A DNA stretch of 32,000 nt, from contig CAZXEQ010000004.1 in NCBI GenBank assembly GCA_964640155.1, positions 30,001-62,000 of the forward strand. Reading direction: 5' to 3'. Below the pieces are notes generated by a model. That model was not told where the DNA came from and searched no databases. It saw only the letters and a list, made by a program, of their open reading frames with translations. The position numbers were made by a program, and so were the translations under genes. This document shows positions 1 through 8,157 of the stretch, one piece after another; the stretch's first letter is position 1, and each line of letters opens with the position of its first letter. The stretch is from an uncultured bacterium. Lineage in GTDB: Bacteria > Auribacterota > JACPWU01.

Positions 1-599
1 ATTATGCCATGATGGCTTTTATCAATTTACATGATGATGGGTTAGTGATTTTACCTACACATCGATTGGTTAAAAACTTATCGGATGATGCTCTTTTAAA
101 ACTAACAGATCATTTAAGAAAAGATTTTCGTATTGAAAGATTTAAGTTGCCGACGGATCATCCAAGTGTTTTTATTCACGAAAAAATGCGTAAAATTCAC
201 AAAGATCATCATGTGATTGGACTCTATTATGGATCTGAGGAATTTTTGCTGCTTCATTATCTAAAAAACGCTTTGCCTCCTTCATTATTAAAAAACCAAC
301 TCTCGGAGAGCTGGAGAAGCTTAGATGTTGCCATTTTGCATCATGCCATTTTGAAAAACATTCTAAACATTGAGGAAGAAGCTGTTCGCACCGAATCAAA
401 TCTTTCTTACGTAAGAGAAATTGATGAGGCATTAGATTCAGTACATAAAGGACGTGCTCAAGTCGCATTTATCCTAAATCCCACCAAACCTGAGGACGTG
501 AGGGATATCGCTTATGGATTAGAGCGCATGCCTCAAAAGTCAACGGATTTTTACCCCAAATTAATGACAGGTTTAATGCTCAATCAAATGAAGATTTAG
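1..599 (+). CDS. DUF1015 family protein, C-terminal part (5' end outside window)
   Basis: The reading frame of ORF 9..599 stays open to the window edge. It contains ILPTHRL and the C-terminal MPQKSTDFYPKLMTGL motif, which I recognise as DUF1015 signatures. Confidence 0.7.
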   Translation, partial: YAMMAFINLHDDGLVILPTHRLVKNLSDDALLKLTDHLRKDFRIERFKLPTDHPSVFIHEKMRKIHKDHHVIGLYYGSEEFLLLHYLKNALPPSLLKNQLSESWRSLDVAILHHAILKNILNIEEEAVRTESNLSYVREIDEALDSVHKGRAQVAFILNPTKPEDVRDIAYGLERMPQKSTDFYPKLMTGLMLNQMKI

Positions 600-779
600 G
601 GTTTAAAAATTCTATTTTCTTTTTCTGGAATCGTCCCATAGACATCCGTAACTTATAGGTAGCCTTATAGTTACATGCCACGCAAACAAACCTAGATACA
701 AAGAAAATTTCTAAAAAAAGAAGTACCTAAAAAGGGGAACTTATCGTATACTTTTCTCATTATAAAAGGGGGCAGTTCA

Positions 780-1277
780 ATGTTTATTCATCAATTTAAG
801 AAGGTGTTTATTCTTGCTGGATTTTCCGTTTTCTTAATGACTCGGGTTTATGCCGAAGGCATGGGGGCGAGCTATCAAATCGCTAAAATCTCTCAAAAAC
901 TTATAAAGTATGATGAAGAGGGCCGTCAGGGAAATGGCTTAGTTTATCAAGTGGATTACTTCGATAAATTTTACCAAAAACGCCTCCTTCCTGCTTCTCA
1001 GATGGGAGAGCTTTACATTGTTGAGTGGAGAGCCTCTGGAGTTCCTAGTGTTGGAGAAAAACTCATTTTTTCCTTTGAATATCGAGCTTCTGATATCAAC
1101 GAGGTTAAAAAGAAAGACATAGAAATCTTTGTGAATCAAAATGATTTTTATGAAACTCCTATCGAGCATATCGGAGAAGAATTTGCTAATGAAGGTGAAA
1201 TTGAAGCATGGAAATTGACGATTTCACGTAATGGCACTCCAATTGATGTGCGACAGTCCAATTTTTGGATTGATTAA
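780..1277 (+). CDS. hypothetical exported protein (N-terminal signal peptide)
   Basis: 165-aa ORF preceded by aaaggggg (SD-like) about 8 nt upstream. The N-terminus KKVFILAGFSVFLMTRVYA-EG looks like a Sec signal peptide. I recognise no family. Confidence 0.55.
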   Translation: MFIHQFKKVFILAGFSVFLMTRVYAEGMGASYQIAKISQKLIKYDEEGRQGNGLVYQVDYFDKFYQKRLLPASQMGELYIVEWRASGVPSVGEKLIFSFEYRASDINEVKKKDIEIFVNQNDFYETPIEHIGEEFANEGEIEAWKLTISRNGTPIDVRQSNFWID

Positions 1278-1304
1278 TCTGCCCATTAACCAACTGGATA
1301 TCCT

Positions 1305-1637
1305 ATGAAGAAACGTTCTTCTAATATTCCCGTTAAACTTGAGATGGGCGGGGAATCTCTTGTTTCAGAGATTAATCACTTGGAACCCTCTCTATTTCGG
1401 TGCATTCTGAATCGTGCCATCCCTCTGCAGTCTAAAATAAATATCACTCTTATTCTTCCCAAAAGTTCCTCAAAAAAAACGAGTGATCAGAAAATCTCTA
1501 CTGAAGGAATCATTTCAAAAGTAGACTGTATTCAAAATGAAAAGAACGAGATGGAGTATCAAACAGAAATCTCTTTTCTTGAACTTTCTTCTTCTCAAAA
1601 AAAGTGGATCGACGATTTTATTCAAAAACAGTGTTAG
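1305..1637 (+). CDS. hypothetical protein, possible degenerate PilZ-like domain
   Basis: 110-aa ORF whose layout resembles PilZ. KKRSSNIPVKL sits where RRxxxR lies, and EGIISKV and YQTEISFLELSSSQKKWIDDFI resemble the PilZ C-terminal strands and helix. The DxSxxG c-di-GMP motif is not intact. Confidence 0.4.
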   Translation: MKKRSSNIPVKLEMGGESLVSEINHLEPSLFRCILNRAIPLQSKINITLILPKSSSKKTSDQKISTEGIISKVDCIQNEKNEMEYQTEISFLELSSSQKKWIDDFIQKQC

Positions 1638-1685
1638 TTCTATCCTTTTAGGTATTTCTCATGTCAAATCGCATGCAAAAAAGTA

Positions 1686-1804
1686 TGTCCTTTGCAATAC
1701 GGGTGACACTCGGTGGGGAACCCCGCCGCGCACAATTTTCCATGAGCACGGTGAGGCTGACGAGTGAGTGACAGGACCCGTTTCTTCCCTAATCCTAAAG
1801 GACG
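1686..1804 (+). ncRNA. GC-rich rod-like structured element, copy 1 (unknown family; could be ncRNA/leader or a MITE/REP-like palindromic element)
   Basis: Nested helices: P1 1687-1693/1797-1803, P2 1700-1704/1776-1780, P3 1707-1712/1761-1766, P4 1721-1728/1749-1756. The core is about 80% identical (by eye) to 4587..4663. Local GC is far above the surrounding AT-rich DNA. Confidence 0.4.
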
Positions 1805-1842
1805 GCGAAAAACCCGAGAACATACTTTATATACGGGACCTC

Positions 1843-2511
1843 ATGGCATCCATCTCTGAAAACCTAAATCGAATTCAAAAAAACATTATGGCAACTTGCC
1901 ATAAAAAGAATCGCCTTCCTTGCGAAATAACTTTAGTGGGTGTTACTAAAACTGTTTCGCTTGAGCGTATTCAAGAAGCTATTGATGCCGGTTTAACTTT
2001 CTTCGGAGAAAATCGGATTCAAGAAGCAAAAGAAAAAATAAAATTTTTAGGGAATAAGGCCCGCTGGCATTTTATTGGTCACCTCCAAACTAACAAAGCA
2101 AAAGAAGCCATCGAATTATTTGAAATGATTCAATCTGTAGATTCCATACGCCTTGCTGAGAAATTAAACCAAGTTGCTGAACAGTCAAATAAAATTCTTC
2201 CTGTTTTATTGGAAGTGAATATTGGCAAAGAAATTACCAAACATGGATTCGTTGAAGAAGAAGTTTTGAATATGTCAAAAGAACTTAAGCGATTATCAAA
2301 TATCCAAATCAAGGGTCTTATGACAGTAGCTCCATACTCAGAAAACCCAGAAGATGTAAGGCCTTTTTTTAAAAAGATGAAAAATCTCTTTTGTGAATTA
2401 GAAAAACCTGAAATACTCTCTATGGGAATGAGTCATGATTATAGAATTGCGATAGAGGAGGGAAGTACCATGATTCGTTTAGGACAAGCCATTTTTGGTG
2501 CACGGAGTTAA
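1843..2511 (+). CDS. yggS: YggS/YBL036C-family pyridoxal-phosphate homeostasis protein
   Basis: VGVTKT (PLP lysine), HFIGHLQTNK and SMGMSHDY motifs. I place the start at the ATG at 1843 (MASISENL...). The track ORF start at 1768 runs through the structured element. Confidence 0.85.
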   Translation: MASISENLNRIQKNIMATCHKKNRLPCEITLVGVTKTVSLERIQEAIDAGLTFFGENRIQEAKEKIKFLGNKARWHFIGHLQTNKAKEAIELFEMIQSVDSIRLAEKLNQVAEQSNKILPVLLEVNIGKEITKHGFVEEEVLNMSKELKRLSNIQIKGLMTVAPYSENPEDVRPFFKKMKNLFCELEKPEILSMGMSHDYRIAIEEGSTMIRLGQAIFGARS

Positions 2512-2520
2512 AATAAAAAT

Positions 2521-3339
2521 ATGCTCGACAATAAAAAACTTATCTTTATTGGTGCAGGTAATATGGCTGAAGCCCTCATAGCGGGCATTTTAAACTCAAA
2601 AAAAATGCCTACTACTTCTATAGGCTTTACTGAAATCAATACAGCCCGAGGTCAATACATACAAGAGAAATTCAAGATTCAGTCTTTTGCTGACAATATA
2701 CAAGCCGTTTCATGGGCAGATATCATTCTTTTTGCTGTAAAACCTCAAAGCATGTCTAGTGTCCTTTCTGAAATTTCATCTGTTCGTTTTAATGAGAAAA
2801 TATTGATTAGTATTGCAGCTGGAATCCCAATTCGTTTCTTTGAAGAAAAATTAAATCAGAAAATACACATGATTCGCGTGATGCCCAATATGCCTGCCCT
2901 TGTAGGAAAGGGCATTTCGGGTGTTAGTCGAGGAGGAATTTCCACCTCTGAAGATGAAGTAATTGCTTGTAAAATCATATCCGCCGTAGGGGAGATTGTA
3001 CAAGTTCCAGAAAATCTTTTGGATGCAGTTACAGCTATAAGTGGAAGTGGTCCGGCGTATTTCTTTTATTTTATGGAAGCCCTGATTGAAGCCGGGATAG
3101 AATTAGGACTTTCCCCGGAAACTTCTGACAAACTGGTTCAATGGACTGCATTAGGAGCTTCGACATTGATTCAACAAATTCAAGAAAGACCTGAGATTTT
3201 AAGACGCAAAGTAACTAGCCCTGGTGGAACAACAGAAGCAGCAGTAAAAAACCTGGATGAAAACAACACAAAAAAATTCATTATTCAAGCTGTCCACATG
3301 GCAGAAAAACGATCAAAGGAGCTGCAGAAAGGATTATGA
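2521..3339 (+). CDS. proC: pyrroline-5-carboxylate reductase
   Basis: GAGNMAEAL Rossmann motif, PNMPALVGKG and TSPGGTTEAA signatures. The yggS-proC-yggT order is a common conserved cluster. Confidence 0.9.
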   Translation: MLDNKKLIFIGAGNMAEALIAGILNSKKMPTTSIGFTEINTARGQYIQEKFKIQSFADNIQAVSWADIILFAVKPQSMSSVLSEISSVRFNEKILISIAAGIPIRFFEEKLNQKIHMIRVMPNMPALVGKGISGVSRGGISTSEDEVIACKIISAVGEIVQVPENLLDAVTAISGSGPAYFFYFMEALIEAGIELGLSPETSDKLVQWTALGASTLIQQIQERPEILRRKVTSPGGTTEAAVKNLDENNTKKFIIQAVHMAEKRSKELQKGL

Positions 3340-3605
3340 TTCTTTTTCTCGTTCGCATTGTTCAATGGATTGCAAACCTATATTCCTTTATTCTCTTTGC
3401 AAGAGTTTTATTGAGCTGGGTAAGTCCAGATCCCTATAACCCCGTTGTCCAATGGATTCATCGTTTAACAGAACCTGTTCTTGCCCCAATCAGGCGAGTT
3501 TTTCGAATACAATGGAGCATGATTGATTTCTCTCCGATCATTGCTTTTATCGGAATAGAATTGATTAAGGCCCTTTTGATAAAACTCCTTTTGAAGTTTC
3601 TCTAA
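3336..3605 (+). CDS. yggT: YggT family membrane protein
   Basis: 89 aa with ARVLLSW...LTEPVLAPIRR...IDFSPI, typical of YGGT. There is a 4-nt ATGA overlap with the proC stop. Confidence 0.8.
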   Translation: MILFLVRIVQWIANLYSFILFARVLLSWVSPDPYNPVVQWIHRLTEPVLAPIRRVFRIQWSMIDFSPIIAFIGIELIKALLIKLLLKFL

Positions 3606-3606
3606 A

Positions 3607-4491
3607 CTATATACGCGCATTCTCTTTCAAGAACAGCCATACTCCGATAGCCATAAAAATGGCTGCTACTCCCATTTGCATAGAAACACTTTCTCTTAAG
3701 AATATAATTGAAAGTCCTGTTCCCACAAATGGGGCCAAAGAAAATAAAGCTCCTGTGCGAGAGGTCCCAATATGACGCAAAGCTAAGATAAAACACACTA
3801 AGCTTAAACCATAAGATAAAAATCCTAAAATACCGGCAGTTAATAAAATTGAAAAAGAGGGAAACTGAACACGAAACATAATACCAAGAAAAAAATTAGT
3901 TACCCCTGCAACAAGACTTTTAACAACTGTGATTTGCAAAGGATCACTGTTTGAAATTTTTCGAGTAATATTATTATCAATCCCCCAACAAAGGCATGCT
4001 CCCGCAATCCACAGTGAACCACTTAGATTATGAATGCTGAGATGGGGAGTCCAGGAAAGAATTAAACCTCCCAGAACAATAGAAGTAACCCCCATAAAAA
4101 TAAATCGATCAAAATGTTCCTTAAAAACAAACCAAGCGATTAATACGGTGAAAACAACTTCTGTATTCAGGAGCAAAGACGCAATTGCTCCTTCTGTTGT
4201 TACTAGCCCTTGCATAAGAAAAACAGGAGCCAAAATCCCTCCAAAAAGCGTAGTCCCGGCAAGCCATGGAATGTCTTTTTTTGTCAGGGAAGATATAGAA
4301 TTCTTTTTAAGTGCGAACTGAATAAGAATCAAAATCAAAACTCCGATTCCGGCACCCAAATACAAAATTCCAGCTAAAAACCATGGATTGGTTTTTGCTA
4401 AAAGCAATTTAGCAGCAGGTGTGCTCGCACCAAAAAGAAATGCCGCAATAAAAGCATAAGTAAAACCAGATCGTCGAAAATTTTTTTTCAT
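3607..4491 (-). CDS. EamA/DMT-superfamily transporter
   Basis: 294 aa with about 10 predicted hydrophobic helices arranged as two EamA-like halves. It is the only convincing minus-strand gene. Confidence 0.8.
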   Translation of the reverse strand: MKKNFRRSGFTYAFIAAFLFGASTPAAKLLLAKTNPWFLAGILYLGAGIGVLILILIQFALKKNSISSLTKKDIPWLAGTTLFGGILAPVFLMQGLVTTEGAIASLLLNTEVVFTVLIAWFVFKEHFDRFIFMGVTSIVLGGLILSWTPHLSIHNLSGSLWIAGACLCWGIDNNITRKISNSDPLQITVVKSLVAGVTNFFLGIMFRVQFPSFSILLTAGILGFLSYGLSLVCFILALRHIGTSRTGALFSLAPFVGTGLSIIFLRESVSMQMGVAAIFMAIGVWLFLKENARI

Positions 4492-4539
4492 AGATTTGAT
4501 AAGAGTATCTCAAAATTGCTTTTGAATCGATTTAATATT

Positions 4540-4566
4540 TTGAATTATTTTACCTTGTGGTAATAC
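4540..4566 (+). promoter_or_regulatory. candidate extended -10 promoter immediately upstream of structured element copy 2
   Basis: TGgTAATAC (4558-4566) with a weak TTGAAT -35 at 4540-4545 and a short 15-nt spacer. The predicted start at about 4572-4574 coincides with the 5' end of helix P1. Confidence 0.3.
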
Positions 4567-4570
4567 TAAA

Positions 4571-4685
4571 GTACGTCCTTTGTAGATGGGTGACACTCGG
4601 CGGAGCGCCCCACCGAGCGCAACTTTTGCTGAGCACGGTGGGGCTGACGAGTGGCAGGACCCGACTCTTTTTGAAAAGGACGTAC
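4571..4685 (+). ncRNA. GC-rich rod-like structured element, copy 2 (unknown family)
   Basis: P1 4571-4581/4675-4685 (11 bp perfect), P2 4587-4591/4659-4663, P3 4594-4599/4648-4653, P4 4608-4615/4636-4643 (8 bp perfect). Same orientation and architecture as copy 1. Confidence 0.4.
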
Positions 4686-4714
4686 AGAATTACTATTTCC
4701 CACCTTCGAACGAG

Positions 4715-4743
4715 TTGACAGGCTCTACAAGGCCTGCTAGGAT
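4715..4743 (+). promoter_or_regulatory. candidate sigma70-type promoter for ileS
   Basis: TTGACA (4715-4720), a 17-nt spacer, then TAGGAT (4738-4743), about 43 nt upstream of the ileS ATG. Confidence 0.35.
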
Positions 4744-4785
4744 CAGCGGTCTAAATTGAAGTCTCACAACGCGTAAGGCTTAATC

Positions 4786-7596
4786 ATGGAATATAAAAAT
4801 ACACTTAATCTTCCTAAAACAAGTTTTCCCATGAAAGCGGATCTTCCAAAAAGAGAACCGCAATTTATGTCTGAATGGGAAAAATCCTCTCTTTATCAAA
4901 AAATTCAAGAAAATCGATCTTCAAGTCCAACATTTATACTCCATGATGGTCCTCCATATGCCAATGGTGATATTCACATGGGCCATGCTTTAAACAAAAT
5001 CTTGAAAGACCTTGTTCTAAGATACAAAACCATGCGTGGTTTTAGAGCTCCTTATATACCTGGTTGGGACTGTCACGGCTTGCCAGTAGAATTACAACTC
5101 TTTAAAGAATTAGGGAAAACAAAACATACGGTTGACCGTCTTGAATTTAGACAAAAAGCCAGAGATTACGCAGCAAAATACGTCGCCATTCAACGCGATC
5201 AATTTAAACAACTGGGTATTTTAGGGGATTGGGATCGCCCTTACCTTACCATGAATTATGAATATCAAGCCAGTATTATGGAGTCTTTTTGGATTCTTTA
5301 TGAAAAAGGATATATTTTTCAAGGATTGAAACCTATCCATTGGTGTGCAAGTTGTGAGACAGCATTAGCAGAAGCTGAAGTTGAATATGAAAATAAGACT
5401 TCACCTTCTATATATGTAAAATTTCAACTTACTTTAGAGTCTTGCAAGCAGCTCAATTTACCCGAGGATGCTTCGGTTTTGATTTGGACAACGACACCAT
5501 GGACATTGCCTGGAAATGTTGCTGTAGCTCTTCATTCAAATGCAGATTATGTGCTTGTAAAAGCAGACGGGTTGCATCTCATCTTGGCTTCATCCCTTTT
5601 GAATCAAGTTCAGGAATTGCTCGGATGGAAAAATGTTAATGTTGAAAAAACTTTCAAGGGAAAGCAATTTGAAAAATTGCACTGTAAACATCCTTTTATC
5701 GATAGAACTTCACTCATTATTTTGGGAAATCATGTCACGCTTGATCAGGGAACCGGCTGTGTTCATACAGCTCCTGGACATGGTCAAGAAGACTATGAAA
5801 TAGGTTTAGCTTATCATTTAGATATTCTTTCTCCGGTTAACTCCAACGGAAAGTTCACATCGGAAGTAAAGCCCTTCGAAGGGCAATTTGTTTTTAAAGC
5901 AAATCAAGGCATTTGTGATCTCCTAAAAGAAAACGGATCTTTGCTTTATCAGACCAAGCTTGAGCATTCTTATCCTCATTGTTGGCGCTGTAAATCACCC
6001 ATTATTTTTCGAGCAACCAAGCAATGGTTTTTGGGAGTAGATCGACATGATTTAAGAAAGAAAGCTTTGAAAGAAATTGATCGTGTAAAGTGGATTCCTG
6101 CAATTGGAAGAAATAGAATTTTTAGCATGGTTGAGTCAAGACCCGATTGGTGTCTTTCCCGACAAAGACTTTGGGGCGTTCCTATCCCTATTTTTTATTG
6201 TGCTAAATGCGAAACAGAATTTTTAGATCAAGAAACGGCTAAGAATGTTATTGAGAAAGTCAAAAAGGGTGGGGCATCGGCCTGGTTCGAAATACCCTCA
6301 TCCGATTTTATTTCTAAAAATAAAAAATGTAAATGTGGACATAATGAATTCAAAAAAGAAGAAGATATTATTGATGTATGGTTTGACTCCGGCGTAAGCC
6401 ATCAAGCTGTTCTAGAGAAGGTTCCCGGACTTTCTTATCCGGCCGATCTTTATTTGGAAGGAAGCGATCAACATAGAGGCTGGTTCCAAACCTCTCTTCT
6501 TGCTGCCATGGGGCTTAAAGACAAAGCGCCATTTAAGTCTGTTTTAACGCATGGCTTTGTGGTTGATGGCGAAGGTAAGAAAATGTCAAAGTCTATTGGA
6601 AATGTTATCTCCCCACAAGAAGTAATGAAAAAATACGGCGCAGATATTTTAAGACTTTGGGTTTCTTCAACAGATTTTTCTCAAGATGTCAGAATATCAG
6701 ACACTATTTTAGCTCAAGTGGCGGATACCTATCGAAAAATTAGAAATACCTTTAGATATATTTTAGGAAATCTCTTTGATTATGAAAAAAGCTCTCACTC
6801 CATAAACTTAGATGAACTTGACAATGTAGATAAATGGGCGCTAAGCCGACTTTATGAAGTATATAAGCAAGTGACCCAATTTTATGAGGAGTATGAGTTT
6901 TGCAAAATTTATCATGTGATTGAGCAATTTTGCACAGTAGAACTTAGTTCTTTTTATTTTGACATACTCAAGGACAGACTCTATACTTTTGCAGCTCATT
7001 CTAAAAAAAGAAAAGCAGCACAGTCTGTTCTTTTTGAGATCTTACAAGTTTTGAATCGTCTTCTTGCTCCGATATTACCTGTCACAATGGAAGAGGTATG
7101 GCGAACAGATGAACGAATTGGAAATGCAAGCTCAAGCGTTCATCTTGCACCCTGGCCTCAAGTGGATGAACGGTGGAGCAATCCAGAATTAGAATCTGAA
7201 TGGGAATTTGTCAAAAATTTAAGATCTGAAGTATTGAAACTTTTGGAGAATCTTAGAAATTTAAAAATCATTGGAAGTCCTCTTGAGGCACGAGTTGAGT
7301 TATCAACTAATGATATCGCTTTAAAGAAAAAATTAGTTAATTTAGGCGAGGACCAGCTAAAAGCAATTTTTATTGTTTCACAAGTTACCATTGGCAATAA
7401 AATCAAAGAAAAACCGGATGATGTTTTTCAATCTCAGACTATAACTGGTTTAGGTATTCGCGTTGTTAAAGCGCAAGGAGAAAAATGTCAGAGATGTTGG
7501 AATTATTCTGTAAAAGTAGGAGAGAACACCGATCATCCAGTTCTTTGCGAACGATGTGTAAGTGCTGTAGAAGCAACTTTTAGTGATCATCATTAA
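4786..7596 (+). CDS. ileS: isoleucine--tRNA ligase
   Basis: 936 aa with the HIGH-class motif (GDIHMGHALNK), KMSKS (GKKMSKSIGN), a CP1 editing-region WCASCETALAEAEVEY-type block, and a C-terminal CxxC...CxxC zinc motif. Confidence 0.97.
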   Translation: MEYKNTLNLPKTSFPMKADLPKREPQFMSEWEKSSLYQKIQENRSSSPTFILHDGPPYANGDIHMGHALNKILKDLVLRYKTMRGFRAPYIPGWDCHGLPVELQLFKELGKTKHTVDRLEFRQKARDYAAKYVAIQRDQFKQLGILGDWDRPYLTMNYEYQASIMESFWILYEKGYIFQGLKPIHWCASCETALAEAEVEYENKTSPSIYVKFQLTLESCKQLNLPEDASVLIWTTTPWTLPGNVAVALHSNADYVLVKADGLHLILASSLLNQVQELLGWKNVNVEKTFKGKQFEKLHCKHPFIDRTSLIILGNHVTLDQGTGCVHTAPGHGQEDYEIGLAYHLDILSPVNSNGKFTSEVKPFEGQFVFKANQGICDLLKENGSLLYQTKLEHSYPHCWRCKSPIIFRATKQWFLGVDRHDLRKKALKEIDRVKWIPAIGRNRIFSMVESRPDWCLSRQRLWGVPIPIFYCAKCETEFLDQETAKNVIEKVKKGGASAWFEIPSSDFISKNKKCKCGHNEFKKEEDIIDVWFDSGVSHQAVLEKVPGLSYPADLYLEGSDQHRGWFQTSLLAAMGLKDKAPFKSVLTHGFVVDGEGKKMSKSIGNVISPQEVMKKYGADILRLWVSSTDFSQDVRISDTILAQVADTYRKIRNTFRYILGNLFDYEKSSHSINLDELDNVDKWALSRLYEVYKQVTQFYEEYEFCKIYHVIEQFCTVELSSFYFDILKDRLYTFAAHSKKRKAAQSVLFEILQVLNRLLAPILPVTMEEVWRTDERIGNASSSVHLAPWPQVDERWSNPELESEWEFVKNLRSEVLKLLENLRNLKIIGSPLEARVELSTNDIALKKKLVNLGEDQLKAIFIVSQVTIGNKIKEKPDDVFQSQTITGLGIRVVKAQGEKCQRCWNYSVKVGENTDHPVLCERCVSAVEATFSDHH

Positions 7597-7615
7597 CCTG
7601 TAAAAAGGGAAATTT

Positions 7616-8038
7616 ATGCCAAAAGCACCAAAAGTAAAAACGCCAATCAAAGCAAAATCTTCCAAGGGAAAGTTTGAAAAATACCACGAAATCTTATTGG
7701 AGGAACAAGAGAGACTTTCTGGGGATATTACTCACATCAAAAATGATCACTTACAGAAATCTCAGAAAGATTTAACAGGAGAGCTTTCCGGTTATTCTAT
7801 GCATATCGCTGACATGAGTGGTGATGACTATGATCGCGGCGTTGCGCTTGGAATTTTTACACAAGAACAGGAAATTCTATATTTTGTTGAAGCTGCACTC
7901 AAAAGAATAGAAGAAGGAACTTTTGGGATTTGTGAAGTATGTGAAAAACCTATCTCAACCAAACGACTTGATGCAGTTCCATACGCGACACTTTGTATTC
8001 AATGTCAATCCGAGCAAGAAAAAAAGAAGAAAGCATAA
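7616..8038 (+). CDS. DksA/TraR-family C4-type zinc-finger protein
   Basis: 140 aa with CEVCEKPI...LCIQC (CxxC-N17-CxxC) at the C-terminus and a coiled-coil-like N-terminal half. It lies between ileS and lspA. Confidence 0.8.
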   Translation: MPKAPKVKTPIKAKSSKGKFEKYHEILLEEQERLSGDITHIKNDHLQKSQKDLTGELSGYSMHIADMSGDDYDRGVALGIFTQEQEILYFVEAALKRIEEGTFGICEVCEKPISTKRLDAVPYATLCIQCQSEQEKKKKA

Positions 8039-8157
8039 ATACTCCAATGATAAGTCTTAAGTTGTAAGCTTTAAAGGAATTTGTTTTTACTAATGACTTA
8101 CGACTCATATTGTTATAGTCCCCTTAATGGGATAAAACTTACAAATTTTTTTATTAC

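Noticed and set aside
172-468. Minus-strand and alternative-frame ORFs nested in larger genes. These are 172..468, 939..1169, 2130..2312, 3602..3796, 4034..4321, 5442..5639, 7158..7406, 7450..7665, 9329..9514, 9668..9901, 9871..10065, 11175..11375, 13092..13283 and 14342..14641. They also include all minus-strand ORFs inside 16914..28502, plus 28793..28975, 29982..30290, 30623..30823 and 30683..30976.
   Set aside because: Each lies wholly within, or largely antisense to, a gene with strong family motifs. Their translations are low-complexity or biased (Ser, Phe, Lys or Arg-rich) with no recognisable motifs, as expected for shadow ORFs in AT-rich DNA.
654-690. Direct or inverted CTTATAG repeats (GTAACTTATAGGTAGCCTTATAGTTAC) upstream of the 780..1277 gene.
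   Set aside because: The inverted-repeat reading has three central mismatches. The direct repeat is only 7 nt, so it is compatible with chance in AT-rich intergenic DNA.
1537-1767. 76-aa + strand ORF bridging the end of the 110-aa gene and the yggS upstream region.
   Set aside because: It overlaps the 1305..1637 gene out of frame. Its C-terminal half is just the translation of the GC-rich structured element (..GDTRWGTPPRTIFHEHGEADE). There is no RBS and no family resemblance.
1768-1842. Non-ATG (GTG) upstream extension of the yggS ORF (MTGPVSSLILKDGEKPENILYIRDL).
   Set aside because: YggS homologues begin close to the MASISENL... region. The extension is encoded by the 3' half of the structured element and has no RBS.
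4571-4685. Hammerhead ribozyme reading of CUGACGAG (4644-4651; also 1757-1764) together with GAAA plus a stem III-like AAGGACGUAC/GUACGUCCUU.
   Set aside because: The CUGANGA and GAAA boxes are present, but no convincing stem I or stem II forms. The residues after the would-be cleavage site do not pair with those before CUGA. CGAGUG pairs better with the upstream CACUCG (helix P3).
4571-4785. T-box leader for ileS.
   Set aside because: No AGGGUGGUACCGCG-type T-box sequence, no obvious specifier loop with an AUC codon, and no terminator with a U-tract before ileS. The same element also precedes yggS, which is not an aminoacyl-tRNA-related gene.
8039-8157. Imperfect inverted repeats (AGTC..GTAAG / CTTACGACT) in the dksA-like/lspA spacer, as a possible terminator or regulatory hairpin.
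   Set aside because: The stem needs a 7-nt bulge, has no U-tract, and nothing comparable recurs elsewhere. The support is insufficient.
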